This document shows positions 39,244 to 50,086 of a DNA stretch of 64,000 nt, piece after piece. Position 1 is the stretch's first letter; each line of letters opens with the position of its first letter. Source of the stretch: Clostridia bacterium (GTDB taxonomy: Bacteria > Bacillota > Clostridia > Monoglobales > Monoglobaceae); the NCBI GenBank assembly GCA_045587365.1, contig JAZNCD010000078.1, forward strand, positions 3,557-67,556, in the 5' to 3' direction. The position numbers and the translations under genes are program-made. The notes under the pieces are model-generated. The model did not search any database and was not told the origin of the DNA. It saw nothing but the letters and a program-made list of their open reading frames with translations.

Positions 39244-40392
39244 TTGGCAGATAAAAGAGATTATTATGAAGTGCTTGGTGTGAACAAAAGCTCTTCTCCT
39301 GATGAAATAAAAAAAGCATATAGAAAGCTTGCAAAAAAATATCATCCTGATCTTAACCCCGATGACAAAGAAGGTGCAGAGGCAAAGTTTAAAGAGGCAA
39401 CCGAGGCATACGAGGTCTTAAGCGATGCCGATAAAAAGCAAAAGTATGACCAGTTTGGCCATGCAGCCTTTGATCAGAGTGCCGGTGGCGGCTATGGTGG
39501 CTACGGCGGATTTGGAGGTGGCTTTGACGGCTTTGATATGGGTGATATATTCAGCAGTTTCTTTGGCGGTGGATTTGGTGGTCAGCGTAATAACCCCAAC
39601 GCACCGAGACGTGGCAGAGATTTGGGCTATAATATCGACTTAACCTTTGAAGAAGCCTGCTTTGGCACAGAACGGGAAATAAGCATAAATCACCTTGAAA
39701 AATGTGAGGAATGTGGTGGCACGGGCGCGGCAAAAGGCAGTGCGCCTGTAACTTGTCCTACCTGTCATGGTTCAGGGCAGGTAAAAACCGTTCAACGTAC
39801 TCCTCTTGGAAATTTCCAAAGTGTACGTACATGTGACAGTTGTGGCGGCAAAGGTACTATAATTAAAAACCCATGTCAGCGATGTGGCGGCGAGGGAAAT
39901 TCCCGAAAAACCAAAAAGGTCAGAGTGAAAATTCCTGCAGGTATTGATAATGGTCAACAAGTATATGTCAGGGGCGAAGGCGATGCCGGCACAAATGGCG
40001 GAAGCAGTGGCGACCTTATTTTAAATGTAAGGGTTAAAAGTCATAAAATATTTGTACGTCAGGGATATGACATTCTTTGCGATTATCCTATTTCCTTTGT
40101 ACAGGCGACTCTTGGCGCAGAAGTTCGTGTGCCTACTATTGACGGTCACGTTTCATATAACATCCCCGAGGGAACACAAAGCGGCACAGTATTCAGGCTT
40201 AAGGGTAAAGGTGTAACCAAGGTTAACTCAAATCAACGTGGTGACCAATATGTTACAATAAAAGTTGAAATTCCCAAAGGACTTACAGATAGTCAAAAAG
40301 ATTTGCTGCGTCAATTTGATGATACAGTTGACCCATCTAAATATAAGCAAAGAAAATCTTTTATTGATAAAATGAAAGATATATTAAAATAA
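39244..40392 (+). CDS. dnaJ: Molecular chaperone DnaJ
   Basis: ...[10 protein letters not shown]...KKYHPD... (J domain), a G/F region and 4 CxxCxGxG zinc repeats. TTG 39244 lies 9 nt after GAGGAG and clears the hairpin. The track start is 39217. Confidence 0.93.
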   Translation: MADKRDYYEVLGVNKSSSPDEIKKAYRKLAKKYHPDLNPDDKEGAEAKFKEATEAYEVLSDADKKQKYDQFGHAAFDQSAGGGYGGYGGFGGGFDGFDMGDIFSSFFGGGFGGQRNNPNAPRRGRDLGYNIDLTFEEACFGTEREISINHLEKCEECGGTGAAKGSAPVTCPTCHGSGQVKTVQRTPLGNFQSVRTCDSCGGKGTIIKNPCQRCGGEGNSRKTKKVRVKIPAGIDNGQQVYVRGEGDAGTNGGSSGDLILNVRVKSHKIFVRQGYDILCDYPISFVQATLGAEVRVPTIDGHVSYNIPEGTQSGTVFRLKGKGVTKVNSNQRGDQYVTIKVEIPKGLTDSQKDLLRQFDDTVDPSKYKQRKSFIDKMKDILK

Positions 40393-40400
40393 AATAACTA

Positions 40401-40430
40401 AAAAGCACAGCAAAATCATCTGTGCTTTTT
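40401..40430 (+). terminator. Intrinsic terminator after dnaJ
   Basis: AAAAGCACAG-caaaatcat-CTGTGCTTTTT. Confidence 0.75.
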
Positions 40431-40461
40431 GGCGTTATTAAATTATTTGCGAGGTACAAAA

Positions 40462-41421
40462 ATGGAATGGATTAAAACTACAATTACAACAACCAAGGAG
40501 GGCATTGACCCTATAAGCGGAAGACTTTTAGACCTTGGTATAAACGGAATTGAGATTATAGATAAAGATGATTTTAAAGAATTTTTAGAAAACAATCGTA
40601 AATATTGGGATTATGTTGACGAAGAGCTCGAAAAACTTAAAGATGCAGATACTCAGATTAACTTCTACCTCTTCTGCGATGCCGCAGGCATAGAACAACT
40701 AAATGCCGTAAAAACTTCTATGGAAGAATTAAAATTAATAGACACAGCTGATGTATATGGCAGCTTGATAATTTCAACCGATAATGTTAAAGATGAAGAT
40801 TGGTCTGAAATATGGAAGCAATATTTTCATCCAATTCCTGTTGGTAAAAATATACTGATTTGCCCCCAATGGGAAAAGCCCGAAAACACAGATGGCAGAA
40901 CTGTCTTTACAGTAAACCCCGGTATGAGTTTTGGTACAGGCTCGCATCCAAGTACACGTTTTTGTCTTGAAGAACTGGAAAATTACTTAAAAGACGGGGA
41001 CACCGTACTGGACCTCGGTTGCGGCTCCGGTATTTTATCTATTACAGCCCTTTTGCTCGGAGCCTCCTCCGCCGTTGCCGTTGACATTGACTCTAACGCA
41101 ACAGGTGTTGCCTACTCAAACCTGGCACTTAACAATCTTTCAAAGGAAGACTACGTTACATACATCGGAGATATAACAACAGATACAGATCTTCGCTCAA
41201 ATCTTGGCAAGCATGACATTGTTCTTGCAAATATAGTTGCAGATGTTATTATTGCGCTCTCGCCATATGTTCGTAATTTTATGAAAGAAAATGCAACCTT
41301 TATATGCTCAGGAATAATTTTAGAGAGACTTGATGAAGTAAAGGATGCACTGACCAAATGTGGACTTGAAATTATAAACATTAAAACCGATGATGATTGG
41401 GCTGCAATTACTGCAAAATAA
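40462..41421 (+). CDS. prmA: Ribosomal protein L11 methyltransferase
   Basis: ...GMSFGTGSHPSTRFCLE...VLDLGCGSGILSI... ATG 40462 lies after the dnaJ terminator. Confidence 0.9.
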   Translation: MEWIKTTITTTKEGIDPISGRLLDLGINGIEIIDKDDFKEFLENNRKYWDYVDEELEKLKDADTQINFYLFCDAAGIEQLNAVKTSMEELKLIDTADVYGSLIISTDNVKDEDWSEIWKQYFHPIPVGKNILICPQWEKPENTDGRTVFTVNPGMSFGTGSHPSTRFCLEELENYLKDGDTVLDLGCGSGILSITALLLGASSAVAVDIDSNATGVAYSNLALNNLSKEDYVTYIGDITTDTDLRSNLGKHDIVLANIVADVIIALSPYVRNFMKENATFICSGIILERLDEVKDALTKCGLEIINIKTDDDWAAITAK

Positions 41422-41438
41422 CTATTTCAGGTGATAAT

Positions 41439-42182
41439 ATGAGAAGATTTTTTACTGAACCTAATAACATACAGGGAAACATAATCAATATTATTGAAGA
41501 TGCCTCTCACATCACAAAGGTTCTTCGTATGCAGGAAGGCGAACTTATAACTGTGTTTGACGGCACAGGTTACGAATACACAGCGAAGCTTACATATATT
41601 GACACAGATGTATGCATTGCAGAAATTGTATCTAAAAATATTTCTGCTCTTGAACCTGATATAAACGTGACCATATATCAGGGTATCCCTAAATCGGATA
41701 AAATGGAAAGCATAATTCAAAAATCAGTAGAACTTGGCGTACACTCGATTGTTCCTGTTGAGATGGACAGATGTGTCGCAAGGCTTGACGGTGGCAAAAA
41801 GCAAGCCGAAAAACTTAAACGATGGAATAAAATTGCAATCGAGGCCGCAAAACAATGTGGCAGAGGTATTTCGCCTGAGATTAAGGAGCCTGTATCGTTT
41901 AAAAATGCTATAAACGAAATGAAATCAAATGGTCTTGCCTTAATGCCTTATGAAGTCCTCGCATCGTCCGAGAACTCTTCTATAAGGAATATCTTATCGA
42001 AAAGCGTTGAAACTGACATCAGCGTAATAATTGGCCCCGAGGGTGGTTTTTCTAACTCAGAAGCAGAATATGCTATGGAACAGGGGATAAACCTTGTCGG
42101 CATTGGTAAACGAATTTTACGCACTGAAACAGTCAGCAGCGCAGTGCTTGCAATAATTATGTACGAAAAAAATGAAATATAA
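41439..42182 (+). CDS. rsmE: 16S rRNA (uracil1498-N3)-methyltransferase
   Basis: MRRFF...HITKVLRMQEGE...GPEGGFS..EAE......LG.RILRTETV. The prmA-rsmE pairing matches Bacillus yqeT-yqeU. Confidence 0.9.
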   Translation: MRRFFTEPNNIQGNIINIIEDASHITKVLRMQEGELITVFDGTGYEYTAKLTYIDTDVCIAEIVSKNISALEPDINVTIYQGIPKSDKMESIIQKSVELGVHSIVPVEMDRCVARLDGGKKQAEKLKRWNKIAIEAAKQCGRGISPEIKEPVSFKNAINEMKSNGLALMPYEVLASSENSSIRNILSKSVETDISVIIGPEGGFSNSEAEYAMEQGINLVGIGKRILRTETVSSAVLAIIMYEKNEI

Positions 42183-42204
42183 AATATACAAAGGAGATAA
42201 AAAA

Positions 42205-42699
42205 ATGAACAAAAATGAAAAAATTAAAGTAAACAAGCAAAATAGCCGTGAAAAAGCCTTAAAAAAAGAAAAACTTACTAACTGGTATATGATTACCCTT
42301 ACATGGGGCATAGTTGGTATAATTGCACTTTTGCTATACAAAAACTGTTATACTACAATGAGTATTCTCCCATATATAAACATAATCAACTGGTCTTTGA
42401 CTGCAGTTTTTGCACTTAGTGGTGTAGCATTACTTGTACTTAGCAAATTTAATGTTATAAAGAATTCAAGTCGCGCTAATAACTACGCTATATTTCTTGG
42501 TGTCTGCGGATTAACAACACTCTGGCTTGCACTTTATAATAAATTAAGAATTGTAATCGAAAATGTTTCCCGCACACTTCTTAATAACCCTGCACTGAAT
42601 GTTTCTTCATACTGGAATATCAGAATACCGATTATAGCAATTTGTGCCTATCTAATTATCTCTTTTATTGTGTATGTAATCAAGGTAACAAAAAAATAA
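42205..42699 (+). CDS. Hypothetical membrane protein (about 4 TM)
   Basis: 164 aa from the ATG after AAGGAG. Basic N-terminus followed by hydrophobic segments. Confidence 0.5.
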   Translation: MNKNEKIKVNKQNSREKALKKEKLTNWYMITLTWGIVGIIALLLYKNCYTTMSILPYINIINWSLTAVFALSGVALLVLSKFNVIKNSSRANNYAIFLGVCGLTTLWLALYNKLRIVIENVSRTLLNNPALNVSSYWNIRIPIIAICAYLIISFIVYVIKVTKK

Positions 42700-42707
42700 A
42701 ATTAAAT

Positions 42708-42741
42708 AAAAAAATGTCGCTCATATGAGCGACATTTTTTT
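42708..42741. terminator. Bidirectional terminator between the convergent genes
   Basis: A-run-ATGTCGCTCA-ta-TGAGCGACAT-T-run. Confidence 0.85.
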
Positions 42742-45208
42742 ATTTAACAACAATGTTTATAAGTTTCTTTGGTACCGCAATACATTTTACAACTTCTTTA
42801 CCTTCTATCAACGCTTTAACTCTATCATTAGAGAGAGCAAGCTCTTTCATTGCATCAGGAGTTAAATCAGGTGATACAACAATCTTATCACGAATTTTAC
42901 CATTTATCTGAAGAACAATTTCAATCTCGTCTACAACGAGCGCCTTGTTGTCTACTTCAGGCCATGGTGTTGTCGAAATATCAGATGTATGACCTGACAT
43001 ATCCCAAAGTTCAGATGTAATGTGCGGAACAAACGGATAAAGCAGCAAAATAAGATTGTCTATTGCTTCTTTTATAACTGCACCGTTATAATTATTTATC
43101 TCTGTCTTTTCTTTATAGTTATAAAGAGCATTTACCATTTCCATAACAGAGCTGATTGCAGTATTAAAACTAAATCTGTCACAGTCATCGGTAACCTTTT
43201 TAATACTTGAGTTAACCGCAAGGCGAAGTTTTTTGTCTGCCTCGCTGAGACTTGATGCATCTATCGTTGCGTCTGTCATATACTCTTTTAATTCCTCAAC
43301 TGCACGCCATACTCTGTTTAAGAATCTGTACGCACCCTCAACCGCCGTATCATTCCAGTCAAGGTCGCGCTCTGGCGGAGCCGCAAAAAGAATAAACAAT
43401 CTCGCAGTATCTGCACCATATTTAGCAATAATCTCGTCAGGACTTACTACATTACCAACAGACTTGGACATCTTAGAGCCATCTTTTAAAACCATTCCCT
43501 GAGTCAGGAGATTTTCAAAAGGCTCTTCACATCCAATGTATCCAAAGTCATAAAGTGCCTTTGTAAAGAATCTTGCATATAACAAGTGGAGTATCGCATG
43601 CTCTACACCACCGATATATTGGTCAACGTTCATCCAGTAATCAGTCTTATCCTTTGAGAAAGGAAGCTCTGTATTGTGTGGGTCACAATATCTCATAAAG
43701 TACCACGATGAGCAAACAAATGTATCCATTGTATCAGTCTCGCGCTTTGCGGGCGCACCACACTTTGGACAGGTAGTATTTACAAATTCATCGCACTCGC
43801 TAAGTGGTGACTTGCCCTGACCTGTAAACTTAACGTTTTCAGGCAGCATAACGGGAAGTTGTTCCTCAGGAATTTCAACTGTACCACACTTCTCACAATA
43901 AACAACAGGTATAGGTGCACCCCAATAACGCTGACGCGAAATAAGCCAGTCACGAAGACGGAAGTTAACCTTCTTTGTACCAAAGCCTTTTTCCTCTGCA
44001 TACTTAATCATCGCATAAAGAGCCTCTGTATTCTTAAGCCCGCTAAACTCTCCAGAGTTAATCATTGTACCTTCAGCCGCAAATGCTTCTGCTATATTTT
44101 CATCAATCTCCATATCATCAGGCTGAACAACAATTCGGATTGGAAGATTATATTTCTTCGCAAAATCAAAGTCGCGCTGATCATGAGCCGGAACACCCAT
44201 AACTATTCCTGTGCCATAATCAAGAAATACATAATTTGCAAGATAAAGAGGTATTTTTTCACCATTAAACGGGTTTACCATATATGTACCGGTAAACACA
44301 CCCTCTTTTTCTGTATCAGTTGCAGAGCGAACAACCTCACTCAAACTCTGCACACGTTTAATAAACTCACGGCATTCTGCTTCCTGAGGAGTTCCTGCAA
44401 TAAGTTCCTCTACAACAGGATGCTCGGGAGCAATTACCATATATGAAACCCCATAAATAGTATCAGGACGTGTTGTATAAACTGTCAGGGTTTTATCGCT
44501 TCCATCAATTTTAAACTCAAGCTCTGCACCCTCGCTTCTGCCTATCCAGTTTGTCTGCATTGATCTAACTTTATCAGGCCAGCCATCAAGCTTATCAATA
44601 TCATCAAGAAGCCTCTGCGCATAGTCAGTAATCTTAAAGAACCACTGCTCTAAATCTTTTTTACCAACTTCACTCTTACAACGGTCACACTTACCATTTA
44701 CAACCTGCTCATTAGCAAGTACTGTCTGACAAGACGGACACCAGTTAACATAAGACTTTTTCTTATACGCAAGACCGTTTTTATAAAGCTGCAGGAACAT
44801 CCATTGTGTAAACTTATAATAATCAGGCTTAGCGGTTGCAACTTCTCTGTCCCAATCATAACTGAAGCCAAGACGCTTTAACTGCTCGCGCATATTATCA
44901 ATATTTGACCATGTCCACTCAGCAGGAGGTGTACCATTCTTTATGGCTGCATTCTCAGCCGGAAGTCCAAAGGAATCCCAACCCATAGGATGCAATACAT
45001 TAAATCCTCTCATCTTCTTATAGCGTGCAACTACATCACCGATGGAATAGTTACGAACATGTCCCATATGAAGGTTACCCGATGGATAAGGGAACATCTC
45101 AAGGGCATAATACTTTGGCTTATCTGTTGTCTCATCAATGGAAAAAGCACCTGTCTCCTCCCATATTTTTTGCCATTTCTTTTCAATCAAATCAAAATCA
45201 TACTTCAC
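42740..45208 (-). CDS. leuS: Leucine--tRNA ligase
   Basis: 822 aa: ...[13 protein letters not shown]... (HIGH) and ...KMSKSVGN... (KMSKS). Confidence 0.97.
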   Translation of the reverse strand: MKYDFDLIEKKWQKIWEETGAFSIDETTDKPKYYALEMFPYPSGNLHMGHVRNYSIGDVVARYKKMRGFNVLHPMGWDSFGLPAENAAIKNGTPPAEWTWSNIDNMREQLKRLGFSYDWDREVATAKPDYYKFTQWMFLQLYKNGLAYKKKSYVNWCPSCQTVLANEQVVNGKCDRCKSEVGKKDLEQWFFKITDYAQRLLDDIDKLDGWPDKVRSMQTNWIGRSEGAELEFKIDGSDKTLTVYTTRPDTIYGVSYMVIAPEHPVVEELIAGTPQEAECREFIKRVQSLSEVVRSATDTEKEGVFTGTYMVNPFNGEKIPLYLANYVFLDYGTGIVMGVPAHDQRDFDFAKKYNLPIRIVVQPDDMEIDENIAEAFAAEGTMINSGEFSGLKNTEALYAMIKYAEEKGFGTKKVNFRLRDWLISRQRYWGAPIPVVYCEKCGTVEIPEEQLPVMLPENVKFTGQGKSPLSECDEFVNTTCPKCGAPAKRETDTMDTFVCSSWYFMRYCDPHNTELPFSKDKTDYWMNVDQYIGGVEHAILHLLYARFFTKALYDFGYIGCEEPFENLLTQGMVLKDGSKMSKSVGNVVSPDEIIAKYGADTARLFILFAAPPERDLDWNDTAVEGAYRFLNRVWRAVEELKEYMTDATIDASSLSEADKKLRLAVNSSIKKVTDDCDRFSFNTAISSVMEMVNALYNYKEKTEINNYNGAVIKEAIDNLILLLYPFVPHITSELWDMSGHTSDISTTPWPEVDNKALVVDEIEIVLQINGKIRDKIVVSPDLTPDAMKELALSNDRVKALIEGKEVVKCIAVPKKLINIVVK

Positions 45209-45249
45209 TTATGTTTACCCCCTGTATATTTTAAAGCAAAAATTGCTTA

Positions 45250-45606
45250 CTAATCAATAATATCTTTTATATCAACATCTATCGCATCCTGCCACACATG
45301 CTCAAGATTATAAAAATCTCTCGCCTCAGGCTGAAAAATATGGATAACAACCTCATTGTAACCAAGAAGTATCCAGTCTCCCGTTCTATAACCTTCTTTA
45401 TTGACAGGCTCAATTCCGTGCTTTTGAAGCTCCTCTTCTACATTATCACAAAGAGCTTTGGTTTGCTTGTCGTTTTTTCCTGTTGCAATCACAAAATAAT
45501 CAGCAAGTGTAGTAAGCGATGAAACGTTTAATACAGTTATATCCTCCGCTAATTTTTTATCAAGAGCTTTAACAATTTCATTTACAGTATTATTTTCACA
45601 AGACAT
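45250..45606 (-). CDS. rsfS: Ribosome silencing factor RsfS (iojap)
   Basis: 118 aa: ...ADYFVIATG...GDWILLGYNEVVIHIF... Confidence 0.9.
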   Translation of the reverse strand: MSCENNTVNEIVKALDKKLAEDITVLNVSSLTTLADYFVIATGKNDKQTKALCDNVEEELQKHGIEPVNKEGYRTGDWILLGYNEVVIHIFQPEARDFYNLEHVWQDAIDVDIKDIID

Positions 45607-45626
45607 TTATAATTTCCTCTCTCTGT

Positions 45627-46535
45627 TTACTCTGTCACAAAATTTTCTGCAATTAATGCTTTTGTTCCATTTTGGTCATGAACAAAATACGAGCCACCAC
45701 CAATATATCTTCCACCTCCGGGAAGAGTATATATGTTTATGTTATTACCAACAGCCGCAACATCCTTTAAAACGCCAAATAATTCTGCGCCATTTAAATT
45801 GGTGTCACTGTTTCTTTTAACGGCCGAGAATATAAAGGGTGCCCTTAAAATACCGACAGGTGATATAACCTTTTTAGCTACAGCTGAGTATAACATCTTC
45901 TGTGCCTCTATTCTGTCCATATCTCCATTACGATATCCCGTGCCATCGTTATTCTGCCTGAATCGCATAAACATATGGGCACGCTCTCCGTTAAGTCTTT
46001 GAAGTCCGGGTTGCAAATCAATTGTCAACCCCTGAACAGGGTCGGTATAATTCATTCTTATCGGTACATCTACACGAACTCCGCCAATTGCATCAATTAC
46101 ATCAATAAAACCATCAAAGCCAATAATTACGTAATCATCCGGCTTAATACCTGTAATCTGAGCAATCTCGTTGCTTAAACATTCAAAGCCTGAATAATAT
46201 GCTGAGTTTATTTTTTTATCATTACGGTGATTAGTGACCTTTGTATCTCTGGGTATCTGTAAAATATTTACCTCACCATCATATCGGTTAATCTGGCAAA
46301 GCATTAATAAATCAGTTCTGTATCCACCCTCATCGACACCTGCAACAACTATGTTTCGAACAGGATTAGAACTGCATCCGAAAATACTGAAATTTTGCCC
46401 CGTTATCAGCGCAATAAAAAAGTTTAATATCATCCATATGCATATAAAAAAAGTAAGCAGAAAAACGACAAATCTCCCCGGATGTTTTATCTTTCTGCGC
46501 TTTCTTATATACTGTCTATCCTCAACATCTCTCAT
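45627..46535 (-). CDS. LytR-CpsA-Psr (LCP) family protein
   Basis: N-terminal TM, then ...RTDLLMLCQIN...ILQIPRDT... Confidence 0.85.
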   Translation of the reverse strand: MRDVEDRQYIRKRRKIKHPGRFVVFLLTFFICIWMILNFFIALITGQNFSIFGCSSNPVRNIVVAGVDEGGYRTDLLMLCQINRYDGEVNILQIPRDTKVTNHRNDKKINSAYYSGFECLSNEIAQITGIKPDDYVIIGFDGFIDVIDAIGGVRVDVPIRMNYTDPVQGLTIDLQPGLQRLNGERAHMFMRFRQNNDGTGYRNGDMDRIEAQKMLYSAVAKKVISPVGILRAPFIFSAVKRNSDTNLNGAELFGVLKDVAAVGNNINIYTLPGGGRYIGGGSYFVHDQNGTKALIAENFVTE

Positions 46536-46571
46536 TAAAACACCTCTTTTTCTCGAGTATGCTTATAAAAT

Positions 46572-47147
46572 TTATCTATTTTTTTGTAAAACCAAAAAAT
46601 TTCTTGCGTAAACAGTATCAGGATGAAGCAATTTTCCGGCTTCAATAAGCTCAACAATTGTAAAATCAATACCGCAGACAATTGCTGCATCAATATCTTC
46701 ATAAGCCATTTTTCTAAGCTCATCAACACCGTCAAAATCTCTGTTTGGCTCAATATAATCTGCGATATATATTATCTTTGTAAGCATTCCCATATCTGCT
46801 TTTGCAGTCGTGTGATATCTTATTGCATCCAGTATTTCAGAGTCAGTAATTTCAAACTTCTCTCTTGCAATACATTCGCCGAGAGGTCCGTGCAAAATTT
46901 TATGTGTGTGCACAGCCACCTCATCAATGGCAACACAATATTTATCAGCAAGCAATGCTTTGGCTTTTGAATTTTCAATCTCCTTTGCACAGTCGTGAAC
47001 AAGACCTGCTATATACGCCTTCTCTTCATCAACTGCGTATCTTTTGGCAAGCCTTACCGCCTCTTCTGCAACACCGAGAGAATGGTTGTATCTTTTTTTG
47101 CTAAGTTCATCTTTCAGATAGGCTTTTATGTTATCAATATCAATCAT
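46572..47147 (-). CDS. yqeK: HD-domain bis(5'-nucleosyl)-tetraphosphatase YqeK
   Basis: ...RYNHSLGVAEEA...GLVHDCAKE...; located downstream of nadD. Confidence 0.88.
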   Translation of the reverse strand: MIDIDNIKAYLKDELSKKRYNHSLGVAEEAVRLAKRYAVDEEKAYIAGLVHDCAKEIENSKAKALLADKYCVAIDEVAVHTHKILHGPLGECIAREKFEITDSEILDAIRYHTTAKADMGMLTKIIYIADYIEPNRDFDGVDELRKMAYEDIDAAIVCGIDFTIVELIEAGKLLHPDTVYARNFLVLQKNR

Positions 47148-47172
47148 AATTCAACTATTCTCCAATAATTCG

Positions 47173-47790
47173 CTATTTATATAACCCATGCTCTTTGATG
47201 TAATCGCAGACCTCATCACAAACCATATACTTAATCGGCTTATCATTCCTGATTAAATTTTTTATTTCTGTAGATGACAACTCAATCATTGGCATAGATA
47301 CAAAATAAATGTCGGCATTAAACTTTGTTTTAAGTTCTTCAGCCTTTTTTAAATTAGCTTCCTGAGTAAACCCCTCTCTGCCAACTGCCGCCACAGAGCA
47401 TAAATCAAAAATCCTCTGCGGTTCTTTCCATTTTTCCATATAATCAAGTGAATCTGCGCCTACTATAAAGTAAAAGTGAGTATCTGGATATAACAGATGA
47501 AGCCTCTCAAGTGCCAGATAAGTATAGCTATACTCCCGGCTCTTAACTTCTATATCGCATATATCAAAGAGTGAATTATCCAATATAGACAGACGTGTCA
47601 TTTCATACCTGTCGGCTGCATCCGCCTTTTTGGTACTATCCTTATATGAAATCTTGCCCGTAGGTAAAAAAACAACCTTTTCAAGGTTAAGCTGACAGGC
47701 TGCGTACTGAGCCGCCATCATATGTCCGAGATGGGGCGGATCAAATGTTCCGCCCATTATCCCGATTTTCTTCTTTTCAACATTTGTCAT
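47173..47790 (-). CDS. nadD: Nicotinate-nucleotide adenylyltransferase
   Basis: ...IGIMGGTFDPPHLGHM... The start is uncertain: ATG 47790 or GTG 47799. Confidence 0.92.
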   Translation of the reverse strand: MTNVEKKKIGIMGGTFDPPHLGHMMAAQYAACQLNLEKVVFLPTGKISYKDSTKKADAADRYEMTRLSILDNSLFDICDIEVKSREYSYTYLALERLHLLYPDTHFYFIVGADSLDYMEKWKEPQRIFDLCSVAAVGREGFTQEANLKKAEELKTKFNADIYFVSMPMIELSSTEIKNLIRNDKPIKYMVCDEVCDYIKEHGLYK

Positions 47791-47808
47791 ATATAACACT
47801 GTCTCTTA

Positions 47809-49989
47809 TTAATACAAAACAACCTTTGTAACTCCCTCGGCAATAGGTTTAACCTTACCGCCTTTAAGTCCTGTCTTACAGAGAACACTTGCAACATCCT
47901 CGCCCTCTGCCTTTTTAAACAACAATACGGTTCCATCCTTTTTAAGACCATATGCACTGACATCTTCATCAAGGTCTTTAATTCTTGCCTTCTTATTTAC
48001 AGACTGAATCTTTCCGACACGCTGCTCTGAATCAACTTCCTTTGCATATATTGCATATTCACCCATCTTGTCAAAGGTAAAAGCACCAACCGCAACGCCA
48101 TCTGCTAAAGCTAAGGTGTTTGAGTTTGAGTACGAAACAAGGTTCACAGTATTTGCCTCATTGTTATAGCTTGTGGCAAATCTGACAACCGCGGCATCAG
48201 CAGAAACATCACAAGAGAATGCATCATCAGAAATTCTCATTTCAGAGCCTGCATAATCATTTAAAACAGACATTGTGTATAATGCGCCACGCATTTTTTC
48301 AGTATCATATCCACCTATATAGGCAATTTTTGAAAAATCATCGCTTGCATCAAATGTAACAACGCCGGAAGTGTCCTGAGCCTTTAAATTTATCGCTGTA
48401 GCAACCGTCTGTGGATTAGGAGACTTTGTATTTACAAAGTAGTAATCCGCTTTATCGGTCTCATATGCTTTTGAATAAATAACTGCTCCATCATCAATTC
48501 TAACCTTTATAACCTCTGTCATTTCCTTTGCAAGTTCAGTGTTTACACCTGTTGCTAAATCAATGCAGCTAAGTGTCTGGAAATTCTTGTTGTAATTACT
48601 GTATACTAAAGCCATCTCAGTTTTCTGAGAGATAATCGGTGCAAGCAAACCTTTTTCCGCAAGCATCTTAGGTCCTTCTGTGTCACTTTGAACATACAGG
48701 TCATAAGTTCCGGTCTTTGTATCGTATTCCTTTGCATAGAAATACGCCTTACTCTTTGGAGTTGTACCAAAAACAAATGCAACTCTGTCATCTACACGCT
48801 TGCTGGGTGCTGCATTATCTGCAAGGCTTAAATAACACAAATCACCTGTATGAACCTCAGGGTTAAAGTTTCTGATATATGTCACAGAAGCACAGTCTTG
48901 TGAAAAAGCAAAGTTTCCGGCAACGATATCCTGTTCAATAGTTCTGGATTCCTTCATACCCGGCTTCCAGTAGCAAAGCTCTCCATGGTATCCGTCATCA
49001 TCAGCATTCTTAATGTACATAACAGAAAATCCATCTTTACCAAGAAGAATATCATAATAAACATTCTGCGCAAGAACTGTGCGACTCTTTTTGCGTCCAT
49101 TCTCATAATACACAAGATTTCCGGCTTTTGTGTTCATATTTACGTTTTCCAGGAAATAGGTAACAGTACCGCTTTCGGATATAGTTACAAGATTCTTCTC
49201 AGTAAGTACCTTTGTGGTTTTTATCTTGGGATCGCTCGACTTTTTCTTTGCACTGCTATCCTCATCAGAAGCCTGTGTTATAAAATTGGAACTGAGCAAT
49301 TCTTCTTTTCCGCCATAATATGAATAGAGCTCATTTCCTTTTGTGTAAATTGTAGGATACTCAGGATCGTTATGAGCAAAGAAAGCACAAATGTTAACTA
49401 TGCCGATTATAAGCACAACAACAAACGCAAGAACTGCAGTTCCTGCAAGAAGCCCTCTCTTTGAGTTTACTCTTACGGTTGCTTCACCCGGTCTCTTTCT
49501 TTCTCTTGCCGAACGAAGAGCGCTAGCCTTACGTCTTTCAGTTGTTGTAACACGACGCTTTGGACGCTCTGCACCACCCGATACTGCTTTGCCGCTTTTA
49601 CGACGCTCTCTTCTTTGCTGAGCACGAAGAGCTGCCTCCTGCATTTCCTCAAGAGTGTATCTTGGTGTATCGGACTTCTTTTTGGCATTAGCTTTTCTCT
49701 CGCCGGACATATTAATATCAAGTCCCGCATCCATATCTGCAATTGCTTGCTTTATCTCGCCCGAATCTCTGAATGTCAAGGTATATTGCAGGTCAAAATC
49801 ATAGCTGTCCCTTGCAGGGTCAACCGAAGCAAATCTACCGGTATTCTCAAGTGCCGGATTATGGTTAACCTCTTCTGCAACACTGTTTGAAATCGGAGTT
49901 TTACAAAACGGACACGTTTGTACATGCTCCAGCAAATTGATTCCACATTTTGGACATTTCATCAATCTCACTGCCTTTCTCATTTGCAT
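47809..49989 (-). CDS. Zinc-ribbon / basic linker / single TM / ~8-blade beta-propeller-like membrane protein, function unknown
   Basis: MKCPKCG...CPFCKTPI (zinc ribbon), an R/K-rich linker, one TM (LLAGTAVLAFVVVLIIGIVNICAFFA), then about eight 38-40-aa repeats of the type G(N/E/D)L(V/C)Y...(V/I)...DG..V.Y. The start could be 49962. Confidence 0.7.
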   Translation of the reverse strand: MQMRKAVRLMKCPKCGINLLEHVQTCPFCKTPISNSVAEEVNHNPALENTGRFASVDPARDSYDFDLQYTLTFRDSGEIKQAIADMDAGLDINMSGERKANAKKKSDTPRYTLEEMQEAALRAQQRRERRKSGKAVSGGAERPKRRVTTTERRKASALRSARERKRPGEATVRVNSKRGLLAGTAVLAFVVVLIIGIVNICAFFAHNDPEYPTIYTKGNELYSYYGGKEELLSSNFITQASDEDSSAKKKSSDPKIKTTKVLTEKNLVTISESGTVTYFLENVNMNTKAGNLVYYENGRKKSRTVLAQNVYYDILLGKDGFSVMYIKNADDDGYHGELCYWKPGMKESRTIEQDIVAGNFAFSQDCASVTYIRNFNPEVHTGDLCYLSLADNAAPSKRVDDRVAFVFGTTPKSKAYFYAKEYDTKTGTYDLYVQSDTEGPKMLAEKGLLAPIISQKTEMALVYSNYNKNFQTLSCIDLATGVNTELAKEMTEVIKVRIDDGAVIYSKAYETDKADYYFVNTKSPNPQTVATAINLKAQDTSGVVTFDASDDFSKIAYIGGYDTEKMRGALYTMSVLNDYAGSEMRISDDAFSCDVSADAAVVRFATSYNNEANTVNLVSYSNSNTLALADGVAVGAFTFDKMGEYAIYAKEVDSEQRVGKIQSVNKKARIKDLDEDVSAYGLKKDGTVLLFKKAEGEDVASVLCKTGLKGGKVKPIAEGVTKVVLY

Positions 49990-50016
49990 TTATAATTTTT
50001 ATATACACATAGATTA

Positions 50017-50045
50017 ATTATATCATATTTCTACATTAAATACAA
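50017..50045 (-). promoter_or_regulatory. Sigma-A promoter of the zinc-ribbon protein-nadD-yqeK-LCP-rsfS-leuS unit
   Basis: Minus strand: TTGTAT - 17 nt - (TGa)TATAAT. Confidence 0.6.
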
Positions 50046-50086
50046 CCATATTTCAAAAAACTTTTCTATATTTTAAAAAATTTATT

